Source: an uncultured Fimbriimonadaceae bacterium (lineage in GTDB: Bacteria; Armatimonadota; Fimbriimonadia; Fimbriimonadales; Fimbriimonadaceae). From it: a stretch of DNA of 64,000 nt. This document shows positions 39,541-48,030 of the stretch, piece by piece (the first letter of the stretch is position 1; the number at the start of each line of letters is the position of its first letter). Where the stretch lies: the NCBI GenBank assembly GCA_964607175.1, contig CAZSIM010000009.1, positions 31,985-95,984 on the forward strand. Direction: 5' to 3'. A program made the position numbers and the translations under genes. A model generated the notes under the pieces. The model saw only the letters and a program-made list of their open reading frames with translations, ran no database searches and was not told the origin of the DNA.

Positions 39541-40836
39541 TTATACCGAATCGGGGCTGACAGGCTCAGGCGAACTGGCTTCTGCAGCCCTAAAAACAAA
39601 AACTCCACCGAATGCTATAGCAAGCAGCGGAAGGGCAGAAAAAAAGAAGCGAGGATTTCCGAAGAAAACCGCGCTGAGCAGCAGAGGCAGAATGAGCCCC
39701 GATGCAATGACAGCAAATCCCGCGCTCGTTCTTTCGTCCCTTGGACCAAAAACAGCCTGCTTGGCAAGCCCAAGACAGCCCAGGAATAAAAGCCCCAAAA
39801 ACGCCCAATGACTTGCCGACTTAAAGCCAAGATAGAACTCCTTATCGCTGCCTTTGCCCGGCACATCCAGCTTTTCTGGATTGATTTGAAAAGCCCAATA
39901 TGCGGCGTCGGTCGTAGTGAACAAAGTCGTTTGAAGCTTTACAGGCACAAGCGACAAAGACTGCGCCGGATCTGACTGCAGATTGGCAAGCCCCTGTTTC
40001 ATCGCGGCCTGATCTCTCTCCCCCTCGCTCATTCCTTCGGGTCTTTCAAGACCGCATAGATCGGGATTGGCATAGCGGCCCGTCGCGCCAGGATGATGTC
40101 CAATAAGCAGATTGTCGCCCCCGTTGGTGCTGACAAAAACAAATCTCCCAAAAACAGCCTTTGTATGCAGAAGCCAAGGCGAAAGAACAGTCAGGGCCAG
40201 CACAAAGACAAGCCCCAAAACTAAAAGAGAGTCTCTGCGACGACGCCTATCCACCCTTGCGCTAAAAAGCTGAATCAAAAATGGAAGCAGAATCGCCTGG
40301 GGCCGCACCAGACAGGCCAAACCGAGAGCTGCTCCACCTGCCGCTCCCCAGATAGGTTTATCTCTAGCGGCCAAAAGCCAGCTAAAACATATCAAAGTCA
40401 GACAGGTAAAGAGAGGTTCAGAAGCCAGGATTGAAGAGTAGGCAATAAAGTGGGGATGAAAGGCTGTCAGGCCGCAGGCAGCGAGGGCCGCTGGCTCCGA
40501 GTTAAAAATCTTCCGGCTTAGGCTATAGGTTAATGGGATAAGCGCCCAAGTAAGAAAAAGTGTAAAAGCCTTGGCCACGCCAAGGTTCGCGCCAAAAATC
40601 TTGAAAATGAGTCCGAGAGCCGCCGGCCACCCGACAGGCCAATAAGCGGTTGATGCTCCTTTATCCTGGTAGCCCAGCCCTTGGCTGATTTCTTTAGCTT
40701 TCTCAAAGTACCAGGCGAAATCTGTCACAGGCTGGGTGTCTACGGCCTGCACCCACCACACTCTCGCCGCAAAACCCAGCAGCAGAATGACCCAAAACAA
40801 GATGGATGCCTTGTGGGGTTTGGTATCTGCGGCCAT
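39541..40836 (-). CDS. ArnT/PMT-like glycosyltransferase (GT39/GT83-type, lipid-linked sugar donor)
   Basis: 431 aa and polytopic. The first periplasmic loop, with DFAWYFEKAKEISQGLGY, follows an N-terminal TM helix, which is typical of the PMT_2/ArnT family. Confidence 0.65.
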   Translation of the reverse strand: MAADTKPHKASILFWVILLLGFAARVWWVQAVDTQPVTDFAWYFEKAKEISQGLGYQDKGASTAYWPVGWPAALGLIFKIFGANLGVAKAFTLFLTWALIPLTYSLSRKIFNSEPAALAACGLTAFHPHFIAYSSILASEPLFTCLTLICFSWLLAARDKPIWGAAGGAALGLACLVRPQAILLPFLIQLFSARVDRRRRRDSLLVLGLVFVLALTVLSPWLLHTKAVFGRFVFVSTNGGDNLLIGHHPGATGRYANPDLCGLERPEGMSEGERDQAAMKQGLANLQSDPAQSLSLVPVKLQTTLFTTTDAAYWAFQINPEKLDVPGKGSDKEFYLGFKSASHWAFLGLLFLGCLGLAKQAVFGPRDERTSAGFAVIASGLILPLLLSAVFFGNPRFFFSALPLLAIAFGGVFVFRAAEASSPEPVSPDSV

Positions 40837-40891
40837 AGCAAAGGGGGACCCCCTAGATTGTAAGGGGCCAGAAGACGTAGATTACACTGAC

Positions 40892-41494
40892 ATGGGGACA
40901 GGCCGCCTAGTAGTAGGCGTAACAGGCGCAAGCGGAGCCATCTACGCCCAGCGATTTTTAAGGGCTGCAGCAGAAATCTGGGATGAGATCTACCTTATGC
41001 TCAGCAGGCAGGCTCTGGATGTTGCCCAAACCGAACTTGGAGTTTCGCCAAGCATCGCCAGCTTCTCCACTCTCGAATGGCTTGGTCAGGAATACCCCCA
41101 AATCAAACTGCTGGACGAGAAGAATTACTTCACTCCTCCCGCAAGCGGCAGCTTTCGTCACGACGGCATGGTAATTCTTCCCTGCAGCATGGGAACAGCG
41201 GGCAGAATCGCCCATGGCATATCAAACGACCTCCTCACACGGTCGGCTGACGTCTGCCTTAAAGAAAGACGACCCCTGATTCTTGTTCCGAGAGAAATGC
41301 CTTGGAACCTTATCATGCTGCGCAACATGACAACCTTAGTCGAAGCAGGTGCGACAGTACTCCCCGCCTGTCCGGCCTGGTACACCAACCCCCAAAGTCT
41401 CGAAGAACTGGCCGATACCGTGGTGGCAAGAGTTCTGCAGAATCTGGGCGTTAATCAATCGATTCAGAAGCAGTGGATGCTGGAAGAAGAATGA
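40892..41494 (+). CDS. ubiX: flavin prenyltransferase UbiX
   Basis: Reads RLVVGVTGASGAIYAQRFL ... PCSMGTAGRIAHGISNDLLTRSADVCLKERRPLILVPRE. I chose the internal ATG at 40892; the track start of 40736 overlaps the divergent GT gene. Confidence 0.88.
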   Translation: MGTGRLVVGVTGASGAIYAQRFLRAAAEIWDEIYLMLSRQALDVAQTELGVSPSIASFSTLEWLGQEYPQIKLLDEKNYFTPPASGSFRHDGMVILPCSMGTAGRIAHGISNDLLTRSADVCLKERRPLILVPREMPWNLIMLRNMTTLVEAGATVLPACPAWYTNPQSLEELADTVVARVLQNLGVNQSIQKQWMLEEE

Positions 41495-42414
41495 ACAAGA
41501 TAGTTATCGCAGGAGCAGGCGGCTTTATTGGCAAAGCCCTCACCCAAGCCTTTACTGACAAAGGCTGGCAGGTTGTCGCTGTCTCAAGAGGTGGCTCGGT
41601 CAATGGCGCAGACGAAACAGTCTCCTGGTCTGATGATCTCCACTCGCCGTTAGGCAGAGCCTTGACCGAGAGCAGAGCACTGATAAATCTGGCTGGTCGA
41701 TCGATCATGACTCGGTTTACGCCTGAAACCAAAGCAGAGATAGTCAAGTCTAGGATCGAATCGACACGGCAGCTCAGCAGACTCATGAGCGCGCTTCCCT
41801 CACGGCCCGAAGTGTGGATCAATGCCTCTGCCATCGGAATCTATGGAGATAGAGGCGATAAGATCCTGACTGAAGCAAGCCAAACGGGTGAAGGCTTTCT
41901 GCCAGACACCTGCAGAGCATGGGAATCAGAGGTCGATGCAGAGAGCCTCCCTGATGTTCGATGCGTGATGATGAGAACAGGAGTCGTTTTGGGGCTTGGA
42001 GGCGGAGCGTTTGAACAGCTTTCAAAAGTCACCCAAATGTATGCGGGCGGCACTCTTGGCACAGGAAGGCAGTATGTCAGCTGGATTCACCTGGATGACC
42101 TAGTGAGGCTGTTTGTCTGGGCAGTTGAAAGCCATGTGGCTGGCCCCATTAACGCCACAGCTCCCGACCCTGTTACAAATGCACAGCTGATGGCAGAGTT
42201 CCGTGATGCTTACAGCAGGCCACCCATTCCCCCTGCCCCCGCCTTCATCATCAAAGCCCTCCTCCCCCTTTTGGGCATGGAGCCCAGCCTGCTGTTGGAA
42301 GGGCAAAGGGTGATTCCAGAAATTGCTTTGGCCCGAGGATTTAAGTTTAATTTCATGACTCTTTCTTCTGCTCTTCATGACTTGGTTGAAAAGCCAATCT
42401 TGACAAAAATGTAA
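41491..42414 (+). CDS. TIGR01777/YfcH-like NAD-dependent epimerase-family protein (with DUF1731-type C-terminus)
   Basis: Starts MNKIVIAGAGGFIGKAL (Rossmann GxxGxxG). There is an ATGA overlap with the ubiX stop. Confidence 0.7.
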   Translation: MNKIVIAGAGGFIGKALTQAFTDKGWQVVAVSRGGSVNGADETVSWSDDLHSPLGRALTESRALINLAGRSIMTRFTPETKAEIVKSRIESTRQLSRLMSALPSRPEVWINASAIGIYGDRGDKILTEASQTGEGFLPDTCRAWESEVDAESLPDVRCVMMRTGVVLGLGGGAFEQLSKVTQMYAGGTLGTGRQYVSWIHLDDLVRLFVWAVESHVAGPINATAPDPVTNAQLMAEFRDAYSRPPIPPAPAFIIKALLPLLGMEPSLLLEGQRVIPEIALARGFKFNFMTLSSALHDLVEKPILTKM

Positions 42415-42467
42415 TGGGTCCTATAAGTTAACAGAATTCAGAAAATCTAGGGCGATACTTAATATAG

Positions 42468-42818
42468 ATGCGCTTTAGCTTTCTTCTCGGAGTTGCTGTT
42501 CTTACTTTGGGAGTTCTCGTCCCTGTCCAAGCACAAAAAGGGCCAAAGCCCGCACCACCAAGCTATGCCAAGCACATTCAGCCTCTGCTGAAAAAGAACT
42601 GTGTTTCATGTCATCGTGCCGAAGCAGCATACGGCGGCCTCAGACTGGATACTCCCGAAGGCGTTAAGAAGTCTGTTGTGGCTAAGAAGCCAGAAAAGAG
42701 CAGCCTTTCGCTGCGTATGAAAGGCAAGGGCCCCCTAATGCCCCCAGCTGGGAAACTGAAAGATGCCGACATCAAGCTTGTTGATGAATGGATCAAATCT
42801 GGAGCGGCATTTAAGTAA
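42468..42818 (+). CDS. small secreted PSCyt1-type (planctomycete cytochrome c) domain protein
   Basis: Signal peptide, then IQPLLKKNCVSCHRAEAAYGGLRLDTPEG...KPEKSSL...MPPAGKL...WIKSGA. This is the CxxCH heme site plus the GGLRLD block characteristic of PSCyt1. Confidence 0.7.
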   Translation: MRFSFLLGVAVLTLGVLVPVQAQKGPKPAPPSYAKHIQPLLKKNCVSCHRAEAAYGGLRLDTPEGVKKSVVAKKPEKSSLSLRMKGKGPLMPPAGKLKDADIKLVDEWIKSGAAFK

Positions 42819-42982
42819 GAACCAGCAGACAAAAACTGTAGGATAATCACTCCAAACTGCCAGGTTGTTCCGGCCCCTATGCACTATAGATCCCAGCATA
42901 GGGGCCTCATAACCAGCAGCCCAATGTTCCTGCTGATCTTTACAACAGAAGCCAAAAACGGAATTCCAAAAGCATCTATACA

Positions 42983-43023
42983 CAGTAAAGCGGCTCCTCA
43001 ATATTGAGGAGCCGCTTTACTGC
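42983..43023. terminator. strong hairpin between convergent genes (terminator)
   Basis: Perfect 19-bp stem cagtaaagcggctcctcaa / ttgaggagccgctttactg with loop tat. The U-tract is weak. Confidence 0.6.
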
Positions 43024-43040
43024 TGGAACCAGCTTTTAGG

Positions 43041-44237
43041 TCAGCGGATAGCTTCTTCGGTTTCTCCATCGAAAATGTGCATTTCCTTCAGATCGATGGC
43101 AAACTTTACCGTCGTCTGTTCAGAAACCGGAACACTCGCATCGATGTTCGCAATAAGGTTATGTTCACCTGTAAATACATATACGGTGTTTTCGTGACCA
43201 GTCAGCTCAACCACATCAACTTTTGCCTCGAAGCTGTTTTCTTCGGTCACAGGCATAGGAGCATGAGCGGCAATATGAATGCTTTCCGGGCGGATTCCAA
43301 AGGTGACCTTTTTGCCATTCATGGCTGCTGCTGGGTGCCCAGGCAGAAGTCCGAACCGCATGGTCTTGCCCAAAACAACGTGGCCATCCTGAATCTCACC
43401 GTCAATAAAGTTCATGGGCGGCGCGCCGATAAAACCAGCCACAAACTTGTTGGCTGGGAACCGGTACACCTTTTCAGGTGTATCACACTGCTGCAGCAGT
43501 CCATTGCTCATTACCGCAATGCGCTGCCCCATGGTCATCGCCTCAACCTGGTCGTGAGTCACGTAGATTGTGGTGATGCCCAGACTTCGGTGAAGGCGAA
43601 TCAGCTCGGCTCGGGTCTGAATTCTCAGTTTGGCGTCAAGGTTGGAAAGGGGCTCGTCCATCAAGAAGACTTTTGGCTTGCGGACGATGGCCCGGGCCAG
43701 GGCAACTCGCTGTCTCTGACCGCCAGAAAGCTCCTTGGGTTTTCTGGCCAAAAGATGGCCAATTTCAAGCATCTTAGCCGCGTCTTTCACTCGCGCATCA
43801 ATGTCTTCCTTGATTTTGCGTGCTTCTGAAGCGTGGGTAATCTGCCAGAAAAAACCCTTCAACTCTCGCAGTTTAAGGCCAAAAGCTACATTTTCGTACA
43901 CCGACATGTGGGGATACAAAGCGTAGTTCTGAAAGACCATTGCGATGTCGCGATCTTTTGGTGGAACGTCGTTGACCCGCACGTCACCAATCATCAAATC
44001 GCCGTCAGTGGCTTCCTCAAGCCCCGCGATCATTCTGAGTGCAGTGGTCTTTCCGCATCCCGAAGGACCGACGAGAACCATAAACTCAGTGTCCTTGATA
44101 TCGAGGTTAAGATTATTGACTGCCTTAACATCCTTGCCAAAGACTTTACTGACTCCTCTAAAAGAAACTCCTGCCAAACTGAAATGCTCCTCGTTTAGTC
44201 CCCTCGCTGGAACTGGGGCTGACAACATTCTACTCAT
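43041..44237 (-). CDS. sugar ABC transporter ATP-binding protein (MalK/UgpC/MsiK-like)
   Basis: Walker A GPSGCGKTT, signature LSGGQRQRVALARA, Walker B VFLMDEP, and a C-terminal regulatory (TOBE-like) domain. A TTG at 44177 with GAGGAG 9 nt upstream would give MAGVSFRGVSKVFG and may be the true start. Confidence 0.9.
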   Translation of the reverse strand: MSRMLSAPVPARGLNEEHFSLAGVSFRGVSKVFGKDVKAVNNLNLDIKDTEFMVLVGPSGCGKTTALRMIAGLEEATDGDLMIGDVRVNDVPPKDRDIAMVFQNYALYPHMSVYENVAFGLKLRELKGFFWQITHASEARKIKEDIDARVKDAAKMLEIGHLLARKPKELSGGQRQRVALARAIVRKPKVFLMDEPLSNLDAKLRIQTRAELIRLHRSLGITTIYVTHDQVEAMTMGQRIAVMSNGLLQQCDTPEKVYRFPANKFVAGFIGAPPMNFIDGEIQDGHVVLGKTMRFGLLPGHPAAAMNGKKVTFGIRPESIHIAAHAPMPVTEENSFEAKVDVVELTGHENTVYVFTGEHNLIANIDASVPVSEQTTVKFAIDLKEMHIFDGETEEAIR

Positions 44238-45114
44238 GTTTTGCGCTCTAGGAACAAGATCAGTCCGTAGTCACCTTGACTTCCTTGTCAGGATTAACCT
44301 GGCGGCAGTTTTTCTGGCCCTCTTTTTGGTCTGTGGATGCAGCCGCTCCTACACACCAACCCAAATAAAAGAGTCAGCGAAGGAGGCTGCCGTGCCGGAT
44401 GCGGCGCCAAAGGCGCTGCCCCTAGCGCAAAACTTAACCTCACAGACGATCATCCTTACCTACCATGATATGGTCCCTAAGAGAGATAGAAATTCACTGT
44501 GGTTCGACTGCACTCCCGATGAACTGACAGAGCAGCTTGACTTCCTCACCAGCCAAGGAGCAAAGTTCATCAGCCTCGATGACCTTTATAAAGGCCTAAC
44601 CGGCATCAAGCCTCTTGAACCCAAAAGCGTCCTTATCACCTTTGCCGATAACTATTAAGGATTTTACGACTACGCTTGGCCAATTTTGAAAGAACGAAAA
44701 GTGCCAACTGCCTTGTTTGTTCATACAGGTCATGTCGGCAGCCAAAAAGGAAGACCAAAAATGTCCTGGCAGACTCTTGCTGAGCTGCAGAAGTCAGGAC
44801 TGGCAGCTGTTCAAAGCCAGACGGTAAGCCATCCGGCAGACTTGACGAAGCTGCCCCCTTCTGACCTAACAAAGGAGTTCACAGACTCAAAACAGGCCAT
44901 AGAATCCCATCTTGAAATCTCCTGCTGGGCTATCGCCTACCCCAACGGAAAGTTCAACTCGACAGTCTCGAACGCGGCCAAAGAATCTGGCTACTTAATC
45001 GGCTTTACCGAAGAACAGAAGCCTGCCGAATCTGCACCCGATATTCATAGGGTCCCGCGCTGGGTTCACACTAAATGGAAATCGGCATGGCAGACAGCCA
45101 ACTCGCCCGGCTAG
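44236..45114 (+). pseudogene. NodB-type polysaccharide deacetylase lipoprotein, interrupted by an in-frame TAA (44656-44658)
   Basis: Two same-frame ORFs give one continuous NodB-like sequence, ...IILTYHDM...KSVLITFADNY*GFYDYAWPILKERKVPTALFVHTG...QSQTVSHPADL. The N-terminus has a lipobox (FLVCGC). Confidence 0.7.
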
Positions 45115-45137
45115 TTTTTTTATGAAACTCATGAACT

Positions 45138-45153
45138 TGCGAAACGTTTCGCA
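45138..45153. promoter_or_regulatory. LacI-family-type operator candidate (perfect 16-bp palindrome)
   Basis: tgcgaaac|gtttcgca lies 15 nt upstream of the ATG at 45168. It has the central CG and AAAC/GTTT arms typical of LacI/PurR-type boxes. Confidence 0.5.
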
Positions 45154-45167
45154 GGTATAAAACATCT

Positions 45168-46964
45168 ATGGTCGCTGCCGCCCTGCTTGTCTGTTTGGCT
45201 CACCAAAGCCAGGCTCCTGCATCCGCCGACGGATTCAGGTCACCAGTCCATGTCCAGCTAAAAAAAGAGTCAGGAGGGTTCAAGCTCTTCCGCAACGGGC
45301 AGCCCTACACCATCAAAGGGGCAGGGGGGTCAGCGAGGCTCGATCTCCTGGCAAAGCTCGGAGGCAACTCCATCCGCACCTGGGGAGCAGACAACCTTAA
45401 AAGCCAGCTTGATGAAGCTCATAGGCTAGGGCTCTCGGTCACAGTTGGCTTCTGGATGGGTCATGCACGTCACGGGTTCAGCTACGAAGACCCCAAACAG
45501 ACAGCTGACCAGCTCGAACGATTCAAAAAGGCTGTGCTTGACTACAGAAGCCACCCCGCAGTCTTAATGTGGGCAGTCGGCAACGAAATGGAGCTTGGCC
45601 AGGCAGATCAATCAAACCCCAATTTGTGGAAGGCGGTTGAAGCGGCTGCATCAGCAGCGAAAAAGCTGGACCCTTCGCGGCCAACTATGACGGTAGTCGC
45701 CGAAGTTGGAGGAGACAAGGTCAAGGCTATCGAACGCTACTGTCCAAGCATCGACATTTTAGGGATCAACAGCTATGCTGGGGCCACAAGCGTTGTCACC
45801 CGGTATAAGCAGCAGGGCGGCACCAAGCCAGTCGTCCTTACTGAGTTTGGCCCCCCTGGTCAGTGGGAAGTTGGAAAGACAGACTGGGGTGTCGCACCAG
45901 AGCCAACATCGACGGCCAAGGGCGAAAACTACCGCGCCAGCCACACCAAATTTGTCACAGAAAACCCTGGCTTGGCACTAGGCAGCTATGCCTTTATCTG
46001 GGGCAACAAGCAGGAAACCACCGCAACTTGGTTTGGAATGCTGCTCCCCGATGGCACGCCATTGGCTGCCGCCGAAGTGATGGGCGAAATCTGGTCTGGC
46101 CGCAGGCCCGAGAACCGAGTGCCAGTGATTTCAAAGTTTGAAACTGTTGGCTCTGCCAAAGCGGCTCCTGGCAGTGAGATGAAGGTGAATCTGACTGCCA
46201 GCGATCCTGATGGCGACCCCCTAAAAATCGAGTGGGTGCTGAAAACTGAGGCCACAGAACTTGGCACTGGCGGAGATGCAGAGGCAGTCCAGCAGGTCGT
46301 TCAAGGAGCCATTGTTTCATCTGGATTGACAGGAGCCACTCTAAAACTGCCCTCCGAACAGAAAGGCTACAGGCTTTTTGTCTATATAAAAGACGGCAAA
46401 GCAGGGGCCGCCACCGCCAACATTCCGATCTTGGTTGAAGACCCTTCTCGATCCACCAGGGGAGCTGCAAGCCAGGCGCCGGTTTGGGTCTATAGAGATG
46501 CGGATACTGCCAATAAATGGATTCCCAGCGGCCACATGGGCGCCTCCGCAAACATCATCAGCCAAGCCGATGCCCGTGTCAGCGATCGCCAAGGAACAGT
46601 CTTGAAAGCAGGAATCAAGCCTGGAAGCCAGTGGGCAGGAGTGGTATGGCAAAGCCCAGAGGGTGACTGGGGCGAGAAGGATGGCGGTTTTGACATAAAG
46701 GGAGCTACAAAGCTGACCTTTTGGGCCAAAGGGGAAAAAGGCGGTGAGGAAGTTAAGTTTGAATACGGGATTCTTGCCAGAACGGCAAAGTTTTTTGATA
46801 CAGCCCGCGACTCTATGACTGTTAAACTGACCCGTGAATGGAAACAGTATTCGTTTGACGTAAAGGGCAAAGACCTTTCAAGAATAAAAACAGGATTCTG
46901 CTGGGTTGCCGCTCCTCCTGCTGAAGGAATCGTTTTTTATCTCGATGACATTCGGTACGAGTAG
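45168..46964 (+). CDS. secreted glycoside hydrolase, clan GH-A (beta/alpha)8 barrel with C-terminal beta-sandwich/CBM-like domains
   Basis: Signal peptide. Contains NSIRTWG, MWAVGNEME (putative acid/base Glu) and VVLTEFGPPG (putative nucleophile Glu). An Ig-like segment (DPDGDPLKIEW) and a CBM-like tail follow. I cannot assign the GH family by eye. Confidence 0.6.
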   Translation: MVAAALLVCLAHQSQAPASADGFRSPVHVQLKKESGGFKLFRNGQPYTIKGAGGSARLDLLAKLGGNSIRTWGADNLKSQLDEAHRLGLSVTVGFWMGHARHGFSYEDPKQTADQLERFKKAVLDYRSHPAVLMWAVGNEMELGQADQSNPNLWKAVEAAASAAKKLDPSRPTMTVVAEVGGDKVKAIERYCPSIDILGINSYAGATSVVTRYKQQGGTKPVVLTEFGPPGQWEVGKTDWGVAPEPTSTAKGENYRASHTKFVTENPGLALGSYAFIWGNKQETTATWFGMLLPDGTPLAAAEVMGEIWSGRRPENRVPVISKFETVGSAKAAPGSEMKVNLTASDPDGDPLKIEWVLKTEATELGTGGDAEAVQQVVQGAIVSSGLTGATLKLPSEQKGYRLFVYIKDGKAGAATANIPILVEDPSRSTRGAASQAPVWVYRDADTANKWIPSGHMGASANIISQADARVSDRQGTVLKAGIKPGSQWAGVVWQSPEGDWGEKDGGFDIKGATKLTFWAKGEKGGEEVKFEYGILARTAKFFDTARDSMTVKLTREWKQYSFDVKGKDLSRIKTGFCWVAAPPAEGIVFYLDDIRYE

Positions 46965-47015
46965 GCCAGTTTTGAGTCTATACAGCTTCATGCCAGGCAT
47001 AATTAAAGGTCTGGC

Positions 47016-47978
47016 ATGAAGATCGTCGATCACATTAATCGGGCTGACAAAACCCTCTTCTCCTTCGAGATTCTGCCACCCAAAAAAGGCCAGACCATTG
47101 ATGGGGTGTTTAAGACAGTCGAGGCACTGCTGCCCTACAAGCCTAAGTTTATCGATGTCACCAGCCACGCAACCGATGTGGTTTACAAAGATGCAGGCGG
47201 CAACACCCTTCGCCGCGTCCCGGTAAGAAAGAGGCCGGGGACGATCAGCGTCTGCGCTGCGATTCTGTTTAAGTATCAAATCGATACTGTTCCTCACCTT
47301 ATCTGCAGCGGATTCTCTAAAGAAGAAACCGAAGACGCTTTGCTTGACCTCAACTTTATGGGAATAGAAAACGTGATGGCTTTAAGGGGAGATCCCAGCC
47401 ACGGCGACAAACGATTCATCCCAGAACCAGATGGCAACAAAGGAGCCTTGGACCTGGTAGCCCAGATTCAAGGTCTTAACAAGGGCCAGTTTCTTCATTC
47501 TGAAGAACAGGAACCAGTCCCGACCGACTTCTGTGTAGGAATTGCTGGATACCCAGAAAAGCACATGGAAGCCCCCAACGAAGCCAGCGACCTTGCCTGG
47601 CTTAAAAAGAAAGTTGAAGCTGGTGCTGACTTTATCGTCACCCAAATGTTTTTTAACAACGAAGCCTATTTTCGTTTCGTTGATAAGTGCCGAACAGAGG
47701 GAATCACAATCCCCATCATTCCTGGACTTAAGCCAATAGCTTCCAAAGGCCAGCTTTCCATTCTCCCTTCCACTTTTAGAATTGATCTGCCCGATGCGCT
47801 TGTTGAGGCAGTCGAATCTGCCAAAACACCAGAAGAGATTAAGAAGGTTGGCATCGAATGGTGCATTGAGCAGTCACGCGAACTCATGGATAAGGGAGCG
47901 CCTGTGCTTCACTACTACACCATGAGCCGCTCAGCTGGCATCAAACCCATTGTTGAAGCTGTCTTCGGCAGCAGATAA
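47016..47978 (+). CDS. metF: methylenetetrahydrofolate reductase
   Basis: Contains FSFEILPPKKG, VMALRGD and FIVTQMFF. Confidence 0.9.
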   Translation: MKIVDHINRADKTLFSFEILPPKKGQTIDGVFKTVEALLPYKPKFIDVTSHATDVVYKDAGGNTLRRVPVRKRPGTISVCAAILFKYQIDTVPHLICSGFSKEETEDALLDLNFMGIENVMALRGDPSHGDKRFIPEPDGNKGALDLVAQIQGLNKGQFLHSEEQEPVPTDFCVGIAGYPEKHMEAPNEASDLAWLKKKVEAGADFIVTQMFFNNEAYFRFVDKCRTEGITIPIIPGLKPIASKGQLSILPSTFRIDLPDALVEAVESAKTPEEIKKVGIEWCIEQSRELMDKGAPVLHYYTMSRSAGIKPIVEAVFGSR

Positions 47979-48030
47979 TAGCCAAATTCTGACAAGTCGG
48001 AACGGCCCTGCCAAGGGGTAAGGTCAAGAG

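Noticed and set aside
39262-39789. 175-aa plus-strand ORF across apt and the GT39-like gene.
   Set aside because: It is antisense to two confidently called genes.
42735-43001. 88-aa minus-strand ORF in the 220-bp gap after the PSCyt1 gene.
   Set aside because: It overlaps the PSCyt1 gene 3' end and runs through two hairpins. Its composition is implausible (Trp/Cys/Phe-rich) and it has no RBS.
43077-43829. 250-aa plus-strand ORF.
   Set aside because: It lies entirely antisense to the well-supported MalK-like ATPase gene. It is a shadow ORF with Arg/His/Cys-rich nonsense composition.
45994-46551. 185-aa minus-strand ORF, plus several smaller ORFs inside 45168-46964.
   Set aside because: They are antisense or alternative-frame to the secreted glycosidase. 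Their Arg/Pro/Cys/Trp-rich composition is typical of off-frame translation of GC-rich coding DNA.
46878-47297. 139-aa minus-strand ORF spanning the glycosidase/metF junction.
   Set aside because: It overlaps the N-terminal 94 codons of metF (clear FSFEILPPKKG motif) and the glycosidase 3' end. It has no motif of its own.
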